Positions 40,033 to 50,526 of a DNA stretch of 61,337 nucleotides are shown here, piece by piece; the first letter of the stretch is position 1; the number at the start of each line of letters is the position of its first letter. The notes beneath the pieces were generated by a model. The model was given only the letters and a program-made list of their open reading frames with translations, made no database searches and was not told the origin of the DNA. Source of the stretch: Bacteroidales bacterium (GTDB lineage Bacteria; Bacteroidota; Bacteroidia; Bacteroidales; JBBRXJ01); assembly GCA_038248505.1 (NCBI GenBank), contig JBBRXJ010000005.1, positions 1 to 61,337 of the forward strand. Direction: 5' to 3'. The position numbers and the translations under genes were made by a program.

Positions 40033-42021
40033 ATGAAAGAAACAATTTTTAAAATAGTAAGAAGTAATGGCCTTATTATTCTCTCAGCATTAATTATTTC
40101 ATTCGTTATTGCATTGTCATTTGGCCTTAAACAAACTGATAGAACAGCTTATCTTTATGTCGAATTCAAAAGTAATAATACTGATGCGCTGGCACAATTA
40201 TATTACGATAATGGTAAAGGTTGTAATGAAGAAAATTCAGCTCTATATTATTATAAAAAGGGGAGTGAAGTACAGCGTGTTTATTTTCCTATCCCAGCCG
40301 GGAATTATAAAGGTCTCCGTTTTGATCCAATTCTTAAAGGTGCAGCACAAATTACCATCTTTGATTTATGTTTACTTGACAATAATGGGGACAGGGTTCG
40401 AGAATTTGATATAAACAATTTGACATCCTGTTATGATATCACATCAATGACTGAAACGCTTGAAAAAAACATTCAAGTTGTGACTATTGAAAGTGCCATT
40501 GATCCTGAAATTTGCATTAATACGGGCGAATTTTCAATAATAGCAAGTTCTACAAATGCCAATTCTAAACAATTATTTTCCTTATTTATTTTGGCATTTG
40601 TTGTAATTGTATTAATCATTTCAATGATTAAAAAATTAAAGAAAGCAGTTGAGACAAAAGATTTTCATTCGATCTTATTTTTTGTTTTCATCCCAATTAT
40701 TTTTCTATTTCTCGTTTTAAGAAATATGGATTCATTTATCAATCCAGTATTATTTGCAGAAGATGCCACATGGATGTCGGTTATCATGAATAATGGTTTC
40801 TGGACAGCAATGATTAATGCTCGGCCAGATTATTTTGTTATTGGAAATATAATGTTGTTATATATCTCTAAGTTCCTTGCGTTTGCATTTTACGGATATG
40901 ACATGAGTTTATTGCCATATACTGTTTCATTTGTTTCTTTTTTATTTATTTCTTGTTTTAATGCTTCTCCTATAATTTTATTGAAAAAGTATATTTCAAT
41001 AAAATATTTGATCGTATTAGTGCTTTTATTAACTTTTATTCCGTTCGGAAATTCCTCAAATGAATTTTTTGGTCGTATTTTGAATTTGGGTTTTGTGTTT
41101 TTTCCTTTAGCTGCTATGCTTCTCCTTAAACGCATAATTATAAATAAAGAGAGCTATTCAAAAATAGTTATAATAGATATATTGTTAGTTATATGTATTT
41201 TAACAAATCCAATTACAGCTATCTTGGTGTTTAGTTATTTTAGTTATTTTATTCTTGAAAAAATCTATTTAAAAGATTTTAAAATACATAAATTAGATGT
41301 TTTTTCCGTATCATTTGCAATCGTAGTTTCTATCTCTGTTCTCTTGTTCGTTTATATAGCCTATATTAAAGCAACAGTTGTAGTGATTACTCCCTTTCAG
41401 GATCAGGCTTTAAATATGTCAAGTATAATCGAAAATCTTATATCAAGAGCTATTTTGTTCCCATTTATTTCAAACTTTTATCTTTCGTTTACTGATGGAT
41501 ACGCAATTTTTGCATTTATTCTTTTGCTGTCATTATTATATTTTGTATTCAAGTCAACTGCCATTGTATACCGAGAATATTTGCTTTTTTTCTATTCAAC
41601 TATTTTGGTAATTGGTATTACATTTATTACACGACCAAGAATCACCCACTATATTGATAGTTATGTAAATTCTTACCCCGATAGATATTTTTATGCACAG
41701 AATGTAATGTTTCTTCTTTTAATTTTTATGTCACTAGGAATTTTAGAAAAATCATCAAACACCCTACATAAATTGATTTCAAAAGTTTCAGTATTTTTGC
41801 TTTTACTGCTTTTTTCATTTGGTATTTTAAATAGTTTTGAGTTCGATAAACCAAAGTATGTGGTGAAAACAAAATTGGCATTTATTGAAACGGTTAATAA
41901 AATGTACTCTGAATTGCCTATCCAAGATTTTTATAATGTTCCCGTTTATCCTGAACCATCTATTATGATAGTTCCTAAGCGCTATATGTTCACCACTGTA
42001 GTTCAAAATAATATAAAGTAG
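40033..42021 (+). CDS. Polytopic membrane protein, probable GT-C glycosyltransferase with an N-terminal extracytoplasmic domain
   Basis: Soluble QLYYDxG...LRFDP domain, acidic PVLFAED motif after a TM helix, roughly ten or more hydrophobic segments, and a late DRYF motif. Confidence 0.65.
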   Translation: MKETIFKIVRSNGLIILSALIISFVIALSFGLKQTDRTAYLYVEFKSNNTDALAQLYYDNGKGCNEENSALYYYKKGSEVQRVYFPIPAGNYKGLRFDPILKGAAQITIFDLCLLDNNGDRVREFDINNLTSCYDITSMTETLEKNIQVVTIESAIDPEICINTGEFSIIASSTNANSKQLFSLFILAFVVIVLIISMIKKLKKAVETKDFHSILFFVFIPIIFLFLVLRNMDSFINPVLFAEDATWMSVIMNNGFWTAMINARPDYFVIGNIMLLYISKFLAFAFYGYDMSLLPYTVSFVSFLFISCFNASPIILLKKYISIKYLIVLVLLLTFIPFGNSSNEFFGRILNLGFVFFPLAAMLLLKRIIINKESYSKIVIIDILLVICILTNPITAILVFSYFSYFILEKIYLKDFKIHKLDVFSVSFAIVVSISVLLFVYIAYIKATVVVITPFQDQALNMSSIIENLISRAILFPFISNFYLSFTDGYAIFAFILLLSLLYFVFKSTAIVYREYLLFFYSTILVIGITFITRPRITHYIDSYVNSYPDRYFYAQNVMFLLLIFMSLGILEKSSNTLHKLISKVSVFLLLLLFSFGILNSFEFDKPKYVVKTKLAFIETVNKMYSELPIQDFYNVPVYPEPSIMIVPKRYMFTTVVQNNIK

Positions 42022-42025
42022 AAAT

Positions 42026-43141
42026 ATGCAGTATGATAAGATAATCATTGGTGCGGGTCTTTATGGATTATATTCAGCTCTTTATTGTGGCCGAAAAGGG
42101 GAGAAAATTCTTGTTATTGAAAAAGATAGCATGGCTTTTATGCGTGCAACCTATATAAATCAGGCTCGAGTACATATGGGTTATCATTATCCTCGTTCGT
42201 ATTCAACAGCTATTAAATCAGCTGGTTATTTTGATCGTTTTTGTGATGAATTTAGTTTGTGTATACATTCGGAATTTGATAAAATATATGCAACCACGTC
42301 TTCTTTTTCGTGGACAAATGCCCAACAATTTAAGAAGTTTTGTAGTGATGCAAATATTTTTTGTGAAGCGGTTCCTAATGACAAATATTTTAAAGATGAA
42401 CTCTGTGATGGTACATTTTTAACAAAAGAATATACATTTGATGCTCATATATTAAGAGATTATTTTCTGAATGAAATCTCGAAATACCCGAATATTACTA
42501 TTGAATATAATTGTATTATTGAAAAAATAACTAAACTTTTAGAGGTGTATGAAATTAATATTAAAAATGCAGGTATATTTCAATCATCATTTGTTTTAAA
42601 TTCTACCTATGCTTCTGTTAATCAAATTCTAAATTTAGCAGGGTTTGAACCCTTTAAAATAAAGTATGAGTTGTGTGAAATTATTCTTTGTAAGGTAAGC
42701 GATAATTTATTAAATCTCGGAATAACTGTTATGGATGGGCCTTTCTTTTCAATTATGCCATTTGGAAAAATAGGTTTACATTCATTAACTGCTGTAACTT
42801 TTACTCCTCATGTCACGAGTAAAAACTCTTTACCAACTTTTTCTTGTCAACAAAATAGCAAAGGCTTATGTTCTCCTGCTTCTTTAGCTAATTGTAATGA
42901 TTGTGCTGCTCAGCCAACATCTGCATGGAATTATATGAGCCAACTCGCTAAAAAGTTTCTAAAAGATGAATTTGCTTTTGAATATGAAAAATCTTTATAT
43001 TCAATTAAGCCCATTTTAATGGCTTCAGAGGTTGATGATTCTCGACCTACTGTAATAAAGCAACACTCACTAGAGCCTACATTCTACAGTGTTTTATCAG
43101 GAAAAATAAATACCATTTATGATTTAGATCGAATTTTGTAA
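42026..43141 (+). CDS. FAD-dependent oxidoreductase
   Basis: IIIGAGLYG, NQARVHMGYHYPRS, TVMDGPFFS, SGKI. Confidence 0.85.
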   Translation: MQYDKIIIGAGLYGLYSALYCGRKGEKILVIEKDSMAFMRATYINQARVHMGYHYPRSYSTAIKSAGYFDRFCDEFSLCIHSEFDKIYATTSSFSWTNAQQFKKFCSDANIFCEAVPNDKYFKDELCDGTFLTKEYTFDAHILRDYFLNEISKYPNITIEYNCIIEKITKLLEVYEINIKNAGIFQSSFVLNSTYASVNQILNLAGFEPFKIKYELCEIILCKVSDNLLNLGITVMDGPFFSIMPFGKIGLHSLTAVTFTPHVTSKNSLPTFSCQQNSKGLCSPASLANCNDCAAQPTSAWNYMSQLAKKFLKDEFAFEYEKSLYSIKPILMASEVDDSRPTVIKQHSLEPTFYSVLSGKINTIYDLDRIL

Positions 43142-43385
43142 CATGAAACGCGCTTATATTGGATTTTAAATCAAAATCTTTTAAATCAAAATTTTAATAC
43201 TTTTTGAATTGATGATAGGTGTATTACATTTTATATTTTAAAAAATAATTATTTACGAATGATACTTTCAAGCTACCTGAACAAAAATTAAGAAGTGAGC
43301 ATAAAAAAAAATAATTATAAATTGAAACAAGGGTCTTTAATGTATGTCCTACAAGACCAATTAAATAATTAAAAAATATATTCTT

Positions 43386-44327
43386 TTGAAAGAGATAGGA
43401 GAAAATAAAGAAAAGAATTTTGTATCAGTAGTCATACATGTTCATAATAATCAAGATGAAATTACTAATTATCTTCAAAATTTAGTAGGTATACTAGATA
43501 AAAATTTCGAAAAATATGAGATTATTTGTGTAGATGATAATTCTTCTGATTTGTCAATAGAAGTTTTAAAGAATACTTCAAAGATTCTAAAGATAAAGTC
43601 TCTTACCCTAATAAGTATGAGTGTTTTCCAAGGCGTTGAACTGATTATGACCGCAGGCGTTGATCTCTCAATTGGAGATTTTGTATTTGAATTTGATAGC
43701 CTAATGTTAGACTATCCACTGGACACCATAATGCGTGTTTATCATCGCTCTTTGGAAGGATTTGATATAGTAAGTGCGTCTCCAAATAAGAATGTTAGTT
43801 TTTCATCGCGATTGTTTTACTATCTTTTTAATCAGTTTTCATTCTCACGTAATAAAATTAAAACAGAACGATTTAGAATTTTATCGAGAAGAGCTATAAA
43901 TAGAATTCATTCCTTAAGTAAAACAATTCCTTATAGAAAGGCTTTATATGCCAATAGTGGTTTGAAATGTGATAATGTTGAATTTAATTCTGATTATAAA
44001 AAATATTCAAAACATAAACAATATCGCAGAGAATTAGCTATTGATACATTGATATTATTTACAAGTATAGGATATCGTTTTTCAATTTCCTTATCCTTGC
44101 TTTTACTTTCATTTACTCTATTTGCCGTGCTTTATACGCTTGTAATGTTTTTTACATTAGATAAGCCTGTTGAGGGATGGACCACTATGATGTTATTATT
44201 ATCGGTAGGATTATCAGGTTTATTTATGATTCTATCCATAATCATAAAGTATCTTTCTTTACTTGTTGATTTGGTTTTTAAAAAGCAAAGATATCTTATT
44301 GAGTCTGTAGAACGAATTTCGAATTAA
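43386..44327 (+). CDS. GtrB-like GT2 protein with two C-terminal TM helices (DxD motif degenerate)
   Basis: SVVI, YEIICVDDNSSD, GDFVFEFDS, EGWTT TM hairpin. Confidence 0.8.
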   Translation: MKEIGENKEKNFVSVVIHVHNNQDEITNYLQNLVGILDKNFEKYEIICVDDNSSDLSIEVLKNTSKILKIKSLTLISMSVFQGVELIMTAGVDLSIGDFVFEFDSLMLDYPLDTIMRVYHRSLEGFDIVSASPNKNVSFSSRLFYYLFNQFSFSRNKIKTERFRILSRRAINRIHSLSKTIPYRKALYANSGLKCDNVEFNSDYKKYSKHKQYRRELAIDTLILFTSIGYRFSISLSLLLLSFTLFAVLYTLVMFFTLDKPVEGWTTMMLLLSVGLSGLFMILSIIIKYLSLLVDLVFKKQRYLIESVERISN

Positions 44328-45136
44328 TTTCGGAGTAAATTATTATAGATGTAGTTTAGTAGTGACTTAGGGATGAATCGCAGAGGTAGTCTGAAGAATA
44401 TAAATTTTGAATAGTTCAGCCAATTAAAAAACCCAAGTTTTAAAGCAAGGGTGCAAAATTTTAATTCTCTTTTAGCATAGGTGAATCCATGTCTTCGGCC
44501 TATTAAATCATTACCAACTCTATAATAATTTAGAATATCTTTTAAATTTGCGGCTTTATAGTTGGCATTTAAAATACGAACCCATAAAAAATAATCTTCA
44601 TACTCCATTAATTTGTAACCACCCGATGCAATTACATGCGATTTACGATACATCACCGTTGGATGATTAAATGGACATCTATTTTTGGAGTATTTAACAA
44701 TATCATTATGTTCTAGAGGTAAAAATTTATATCGTTCTATATCGTTCGGTTCATTATAAAACTCTTTCATTGCACCACCAAGAATTGTAATTTCAGGATG
44801 CTCAGTAAAAAATTTAATTTGTTTTTCGAAACGATCTTTAACGGCAATATCATCTGTATCCATTCTTGCTACTAATTCATGGGTGCAATTTTCCAGTCCA
44901 AAGTTAAAAGCAACTCCCATACCGTAATTTTTTTCGAGCAGTACAATTTTAAATAAATGCGGATATTTCTCAACGTATACATTTATTACATCTTCAAGTT
45001 CACTAGTTAATGGCCCATCTTTTACAAGAACAATCTCATTCGGAACGAGTGTTTGAAATAGAATACTATCAAGAGAAAGTTTTAGGAATTCAGGTTTTTC
45101 CTTGTGGTAAACAGATAATAAAACAGAAAATTTCAT
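44324..45136 (-). CDS. GT2 glycosyltransferase (AmsE/WbbD-like)
   Basis: FSVLLSVY, LVKDGPL, ARMDTDD, PFNHPTVM, EDYFLW. Confidence 0.92.
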   Translation of the reverse strand: MKFSVLLSVYHKEKPEFLKLSLDSILFQTLVPNEIVLVKDGPLTSELEDVINVYVEKYPHLFKIVLLEKNYGMGVAFNFGLENCTHELVARMDTDDIAVKDRFEKQIKFFTEHPEITILGGAMKEFYNEPNDIERYKFLPLEHNDIVKYSKNRCPFNHPTVMYRKSHVIASGGYKLMEYEDYFLWVRILNANYKAANLKDILNYYRVGNDLIGRRHGFTYAKRELKFCTLALKLGFFNWLNYSKFIFFRLPLRFIPKSLLNYIYNNLLRN

Positions 45137-45145
45137 AAAACAGAA

Positions 45146-46126
45146 TTATTCGGGTAAAACATGAATTTTTCTTAAAAAACGAATAACACTTCTTATAGGC
45201 TTAAAAAACATATCATTCATAACTATATGATGCGTAAAAAAGGGAAATCGTTGAAAATACAAGGTAATTCTATTGGGTAAGTCGAGTTCAGCTGGTTCAA
45301 ATGCAGATTTATAGGCATCTAAATTTGCACTACCTTCTTTTGGTAATTTTATTGTAATATCAGAAAGTTTAATATTTTCCTTATCTAAGGCATATTTGAT
45401 ATGCTTAACTTTATTAGTATCAAATACCATTAAATTATTTGCTACTAAATCAAGTGCAATAGATGAATCGGATGCAAGAATTAGATTCATATCTTTGGGT
45501 TTGCCATTAGTTGGTCCTCGTCCTTGCATACAATGAACCGCATCCATAATTGTTAGTTGAGGTTTATATATTTTGTTTAAATCATACAATAGATAGTACA
45601 TCTTATGATGTAATAGCATTCTATCATTTCTTGGAATAGCTCCCCAAAAATTCTTTAATGCACCTGTATATAGTGTAATTGCATGAGTCTTCATCTTGCA
45701 TAGATTGATTATTAGATCAGACTCAAGCATGCTTTTTGATAATCCAAATTCATTAAAGATTTTATGATCTTCAATTTTTATAATTTCATCTTTACTAATG
45801 TTAAGAATGCGAACATCTTCTTTCTCCAATTCTAATAATCCTAGTTTTTCAAAGATCAATTCTATGGGTTCAGCAGGTCTTGGTGAATTTGCTTCTCCAA
45901 TAATAACTTTACATCCTATTTTTATTAAATATCTTGATAATGATATAATTAATTGAGGGTCGCTAACGGATATACGTTTGTCTTTATCATCAACAGGAAG
46001 TTTACATAAATTGGGTTTAATAAAAACCGTTTTTCCTTTTAATGACAAAATATCGAAGTCTGTAAAGATTTCTGAAATTATTGTTGCGTAGTTTAAACCA
46101 TCTGATTTATATAGTGAAACTTTCAT
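45146..46126 (-). CDS. DUF362-family protein
   Basis: VFIKPNL, IIGE, INLCKMKTH, TGALKNFWG, IMDA, GRGP, ALD. Confidence 0.8.
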   Translation of the reverse strand: MKVSLYKSDGLNYATIISEIFTDFDILSLKGKTVFIKPNLCKLPVDDKDKRISVSDPQLIISLSRYLIKIGCKVIIGEANSPRPAEPIELIFEKLGLLELEKEDVRILNISKDEIIKIEDHKIFNEFGLSKSMLESDLIINLCKMKTHAITLYTGALKNFWGAIPRNDRMLLHHKMYYLLYDLNKIYKPQLTIMDAVHCMQGRGPTNGKPKDMNLILASDSSIALDLVANNLMVFDTNKVKHIKYALDKENIKLSDITIKLPKEGSANLDAYKSAFEPAELDLPNRITLYFQRFPFFTHHIVMNDMFFKPIRSVIRFLRKIHVLPE

Positions 46127-46143
46127 ATAGTCTTAATATACAA

Positions 46144-46995
46144 TTATTTAACAAAATAATTTAGCCAGACCTTAAAAATGTTTTTATTCTTATTTTTAAG
46201 GCTAAGCTTAATTGATCTCATAAAAGTAAGTATAAAAATTGAAAAATAGTCTTTAGTAATAATTCTTAGTTGTTTTGCATCTTTACAATATGAAATGAAG
46301 CGATCCATTTTGAATACTTCTGTGCTATTAGCAAAACCATGAATTGCGGTCGTATTTACTAAACAAAAAATCGGATTTTCTTTTTTGTATCTTGAAATAA
46401 ACTCTATATCAGAAAAATCTAATCGGATTTTGGAATTATAACCATTGTTCTTTATGAATGATTCATGGGTAATTAACATTCCACTATTTAATACAAAATA
46501 TTTTTTAAATGTATGGAGGCCAGGTTGGATATGTTTAATTGCTATACCCTTATATTTTATGTATTTGCAGGGTGATATTATTGAATCATTTACTTTTAAG
46601 CATGGAACAAATAAGTTGTATTCAGTATATAAATTATAACTAGTGAAATATTCTTCAATCGAATTTAGTGGGAAATTTGTATCCTGATCAATAAAAAATA
46701 GTAATGATTTATTAATTTCTTTTGCATACTCTGCTGCAAAGTTATAGGCAGCGCTTATACCTGCATTCATAGGGTTGTGAAAATATTTAATATCCCATAC
46801 GGGATGGTTTTCAAATACCATTTGCGGCATAGGACTGTTATCATAAACTAAAAGCTGAAATTTATTTTTATGATTTATGATGTTTGAGCTAATAGTTTGA
46901 AATGATGCTGATACAGATATATTAAGTTTATAACTTACAATTACAAATAAAATATCATCTAAAAAGCTTTTAATAGTTGAATGTTTTTTATTCAT
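46144..46995 (-). CDS. GT2 glycosyltransferase (rhamnosyltransferase-like)
   Basis: VYDNSP, NAGISAAYN, FIDQDT, LNSG, LDFSD. Confidence 0.85.
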   Translation of the reverse strand: MNKKHSTIKSFLDDILFVIVSYKLNISVSASFQTISSNIINHKNKFQLLVYDNSPMPQMVFENHPVWDIKYFHNPMNAGISAAYNFAAEYAKEINKSLLFFIDQDTNFPLNSIEEYFTSYNLYTEYNLFVPCLKVNDSIISPCKYIKYKGIAIKHIQPGLHTFKKYFVLNSGMLITHESFIKNNGYNSKIRLDFSDIEFISRYKKENPIFCLVNTTAIHGFANSTEVFKMDRFISYCKDAKQLRIITKDYFSIFILTFMRSIKLSLKNKNKNIFKVWLNYFVK

Positions 46996-47072
46996 TGGTT
47001 TATTTGTGAAATAGTATTGTTTGGTTTATTGAAATACAAAACGTATAGTATATTGAAATGTGATTCTTTAAT

Positions 47073-47822
47073 TTATCTATTATTGAGCCTTTTATAATAG
47101 TCCCTACGTTCTTTATTAAGCGAAAGCACTCTAAGTAGTAATGGTAAAAGCAAATTTATTCTGATGGAGATCTTCTTAAAAAGGCTGTTTTTACTGGCTA
47201 ATCCAGTTGAACTTTGATTAAACTCATGTCGCCTATGGTACACTAATTTCTCAGGTATAAATCTAACATTATAGTACACTCTGGCAATATTCCCTATCCA
47301 GATATCATGTAAAGGGATCATTTGAGGAAATGGCAATACATCTTTTAAAATAGTTCTTTTAAAAGCCATACAGCATCCAACGTATTGATTGATAATTATA
47401 TTTCCGATAAATGAGCGATTTGTTTTTCTATTGTTGTAATATGAGTTATATATTATATTAAGATTTTTATCAGTAACATAACAATCACTAATAATTAAAT
47501 CATGCATTTGCAAGTATTTTGATGATATACTAATTTTATCTGAACACCAAACATCATCTTGGTCGCACAGAAAAATATAATCACCCTTGGCTTGTATTAG
47601 TGCATTTTCAATTGTTTTCTTTAAACCTATGTTAGATCTGTTTTGAGTTATTTTAATTCGTGAATCATTTAGATTATTTATCAGATTTACGGTATTGTCT
47701 GTTGAAAAATCATCATGAATTAAAATTTCATCATTTTCTGATAGTTGAATTAATATTGATTGTAATTGATCAATAATATATTTCTCGCCGTTATAGGTAG
47801 GTATGCAAACTGATACTGACAT
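47073..47822 (-). CDS. GT2 glycosyltransferase
   Basis: SVCIPTYNGEKYI, DDFSTD, FLCDQDDVW, GCCM, HDIW. Confidence 0.92.
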   Translation of the reverse strand: MSVSVCIPTYNGEKYIIDQLQSILIQLSENDEILIHDDFSTDNTVNLINNLNDSRIKITQNRSNIGLKKTIENALIQAKGDYIFLCDQDDVWCSDKISISSKYLQMHDLIISDCYVTDKNLNIIYNSYYNNRKTNRSFIGNIIINQYVGCCMAFKRTILKDVLPFPQMIPLHDIWIGNIARVYYNVRFIPEKLVYHRRHEFNQSSTGLASKNSLFKKISIRINLLLPLLLRVLSLNKERRDYYKRLNNR

Positions 47823-47851
47823 TTTTTAATTATTATAATAGATTGACATTT

Positions 47852-49021
47852 TTATAATATAATTTCTTTTCTCTCAAAGTATGACAATAAAAGCGGATAG
47901 AGTAACTGTAAACTCAAACCTGTAAAAGCCCACATATTATCAAACACACTAAACACAACCATATTAATAAGAGTAACAAATGCAGTAAAAAAATAAATGG
48001 AATTATTTTTAATGACAAACAAATATAAAATAATAAAAACATTTAATATAAAGAAAAGCAAATAAGGACCATACCAATGAAGATATATATATGAATCATT
48101 AAATGTAGTTGAAACAATAAGATTTTCATTTATCAGATAATTTTTCTCTATTCGTTCTAGCTTGAATAAATGAATAATTCTTCTTGATAATGATTCTGGT
48201 AAAGTATTTGTTATTATAGTTACTATTTTGTCTTCTGCTGTTGATGTTTCATTATTTTTATTAATATTATTTTGAAAATTGGCTAATGGTGAAGCGATAT
48301 AAATATATGTCCAGTAAAATTCTTTAGGTATAGAACTCTCCATAAATTGTTTGTTTGCGCCTGTTTCTATTGGTATAAAATATTTATTTCCATGTCCAGA
48401 ACGTATATTACCAAAAAAACCAAATAAAAAAGAGATTGTTAAAAGAAAGATGAATGTGAAAAACAGATGTTTAATCCTAAATTTATTAATCTTTATTATT
48501 AATAACATCAAACATTGAGAAATTGTAAATAATATAGAACCTCTATTTATAATTAGTAAATTAAGTAAGCATAGAATAATAATGTAATATAATAGTACTT
48601 TTTTATTTGTACTTAAGTATTGATGAAAAAGATATGTTGTATAAAAGCCACTAAAAGTTAACACTAAAACATGAAAATATTTTATACCAAATAATTTATA
48701 ATTGAATGAACCATTTAGTACCATTATTAGTGGTATTCCTTTATTATAAATAAATTCTATTATATATGCTATAACAAGAATGCTGAAAATATATACTGTT
48801 TTGTTAGATTGCGATATCGCTTTAAACTCACAAAACCATTTTTTCTGAAATTGGTATCCTAAAACAAATGAAATCAGAAATGTAATGCCAAAAAACAGAT
48901 ATACTGAAAATGTTAAATCAGGAAAAATATTTGACCAATTAAAAAAGTACACAATAATACACATTACAAATGAAAAGATGTAAAAATAGAAAGGGTTTAT
49001 TATTGAACGAGCACTAATCAT
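47852..49021 (-). CDS. wzy: Probable O-antigen/polysaccharide polymerase
   Basis: About ten TM segments, NRG and FGNIR motifs, YIYIASPLANF loop; lies between wzx and the glycosyltransferases. Confidence 0.7.
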   Translation of the reverse strand: MISARSIINPFYFYIFSFVMCIIVYFFNWSNIFPDLTFSVYLFFGITFLISFVLGYQFQKKWFCEFKAISQSNKTVYIFSILVIAYIIEFIYNKGIPLIMVLNGSFNYKLFGIKYFHVLVLTFSGFYTTYLFHQYLSTNKKVLLYYIIILCLLNLLIINRGSILFTISQCLMLLIIKINKFRIKHLFFTFIFLLTISFLFGFFGNIRSGHGNKYFIPIETGANKQFMESSIPKEFYWTYIYIASPLANFQNNINKNNETSTAEDKIVTIITNTLPESLSRRIIHLFKLERIEKNYLINENLIVSTTFNDSYIYLHWYGPYLLFFILNVFIILYLFVIKNNSIYFFTAFVTLINMVVFSVFDNMWAFTGLSLQLLYPLLLSYFERKEIIL

Positions 49022-49058
49022 TTATTTGTAATTTTTATATGTCAAGAGGCTGCTTATT

Positions 49059-50306
49059 TTATTTTGATTTTATGTTTTGCACTTTTGATTTTAGTGTTAA
49101 ATATAAACCTCCAGTAACAAATATCTCGGCTAATACAACAGCCAATGCAGTTCCGTATGCTTCCCAAATGCTACACAATAGCAAATTTAATGCGATACTC
49201 AATATTGCTCCTAGGAATAGTATTTTAAGATATTCTTTTTCAAATTTATATGCTAATAAGCTTTGATTTGCAGGTATGTTAATGAATACTATTAAAGGTA
49301 CAAAGGATAATATTCTTAATAAATTAATTGCCATTTGAATTTTTTCTCCTGATAGAAGAAATATAATTTGAGTTGAAAATATAAACATAATGGTACAAGC
49401 TGAAAATAATACGATAGCTAATGGAATCATTGTTCTTTTAAAAAACGATACTAATTTCTCAAAACTCTCTAAAGCATAACTGCAAGCTGATGGATAAATT
49501 GATTTAAAAATAATAACGGCAAATCCTCTAATTGCAAGTATAGGCTTTTCAACTAGTGCGTAATAACCAACTATAACAGGACTTGCAAACATACCTAGTA
49601 TTATAATGTTTGATGAGATGTATATAGAAACACTTAAATTTGAAAGGAAAATATTAACTCCTTGTTTTAAATTCGTTATTATTTCAAACCAAGTTGAAAT
49701 ATAAAATTGAATTTTAAATTTTTTTATTGCGACTATAAATCCAATGATTCCAATTAATATTTGAATTGAACTATTAATAATAAGATAAATAGTTATATGT
49801 TCAGGTTTTCTTATTAGTAGCAAAATGACAATAAGTGCAGCTATTTTAACGGAAGAATTAATGTAGGTAATAATATTCATCTTTTCTAAGCCTTGAAAAA
49901 GATAAATTGGAAATAGTACTTGACCAATAACCATACCAAAAGTTATATAATATACATGTTTGTGTATTGACATACTTGGAATTATCTGTACAAGAACAAA
50001 GAGCAATATCGCGCTTATTATTAACAATAGTAATTTGGTACTAATTACGGAGCTAAAAATCCTTGAAATATTTTCTGAATTTGTTTTATTAACAGATATA
50101 TCTCTTGTAGCCGCTAAATCAAAACCATAGTCCGTGATAATAATGAAATATTGTATTACTGCTTGAGCTAGGGCAATGATGCCTATTTGTTCTACTCCAA
50201 GAACTCTAAAAAGATAGGGAAGTGTGATTAGCGGAAATAAATAATTTACACCTTGTAAGATCGATAAATGAAAAAGGTTATTGATTATATTTTTAAACGA
50301 ACTCAT
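49059..50306 (-). CDS. wzx: Oligosaccharide flippase
   Basis: LQGVNYLFPLITLPYL, TDYGF, LFQGLEKM, VGYY. ATG at 50306 preferred (ORF track 50381). Confidence 0.9.
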   Translation of the reverse strand: MSSFKNIINNLFHLSILQGVNYLFPLITLPYLFRVLGVEQIGIIALAQAVIQYFIIITDYGFDLAATRDISVNKTNSENISRIFSSVISTKLLLLIISAILLFVLVQIIPSMSIHKHVYYITFGMVIGQVLFPIYLFQGLEKMNIITYINSSVKIAALIVILLLIRKPEHITIYLIINSSIQILIGIIGFIVAIKKFKIQFYISTWFEIITNLKQGVNIFLSNLSVSIYISSNIIILGMFASPVIVGYYALVEKPILAIRGFAVIIFKSIYPSACSYALESFEKLVSFFKRTMIPLAIVLFSACTIMFIFSTQIIFLLSGEKIQMAINLLRILSFVPLIVFINIPANQSLLAYKFEKEYLKILFLGAILSIALNLLLCSIWEAYGTALAVVLAEIFVTGGLYLTLKSKVQNIKSK

Positions 50307-50526
50307 CTTATACCGATTTACGATATGTGATGGGTTTAAATAATTTAAACCTTTTGAAGGCTGTATATCTTGATGACTCAATGTGTTCGTTATTTACAAT
50401 AGTTCTTAAAACTAATGAATAAAACTCAAATTTATTAGTGCTTTAGCCTCATTGTGAAAAAAAAACTATTTGATAGAATTTTAGAACTAATTTGACAGCC
50501 AATTGCGATTTTTGAGTGATTTATTT

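Noticed and set aside
43164-43194. Tandem TTTTAAATCAAAAT duplication in the gap before the last GT2
   Set aside because: Only two AT-rich copies; no array structure, and no GtrA-like ORF is hidden in the gap.
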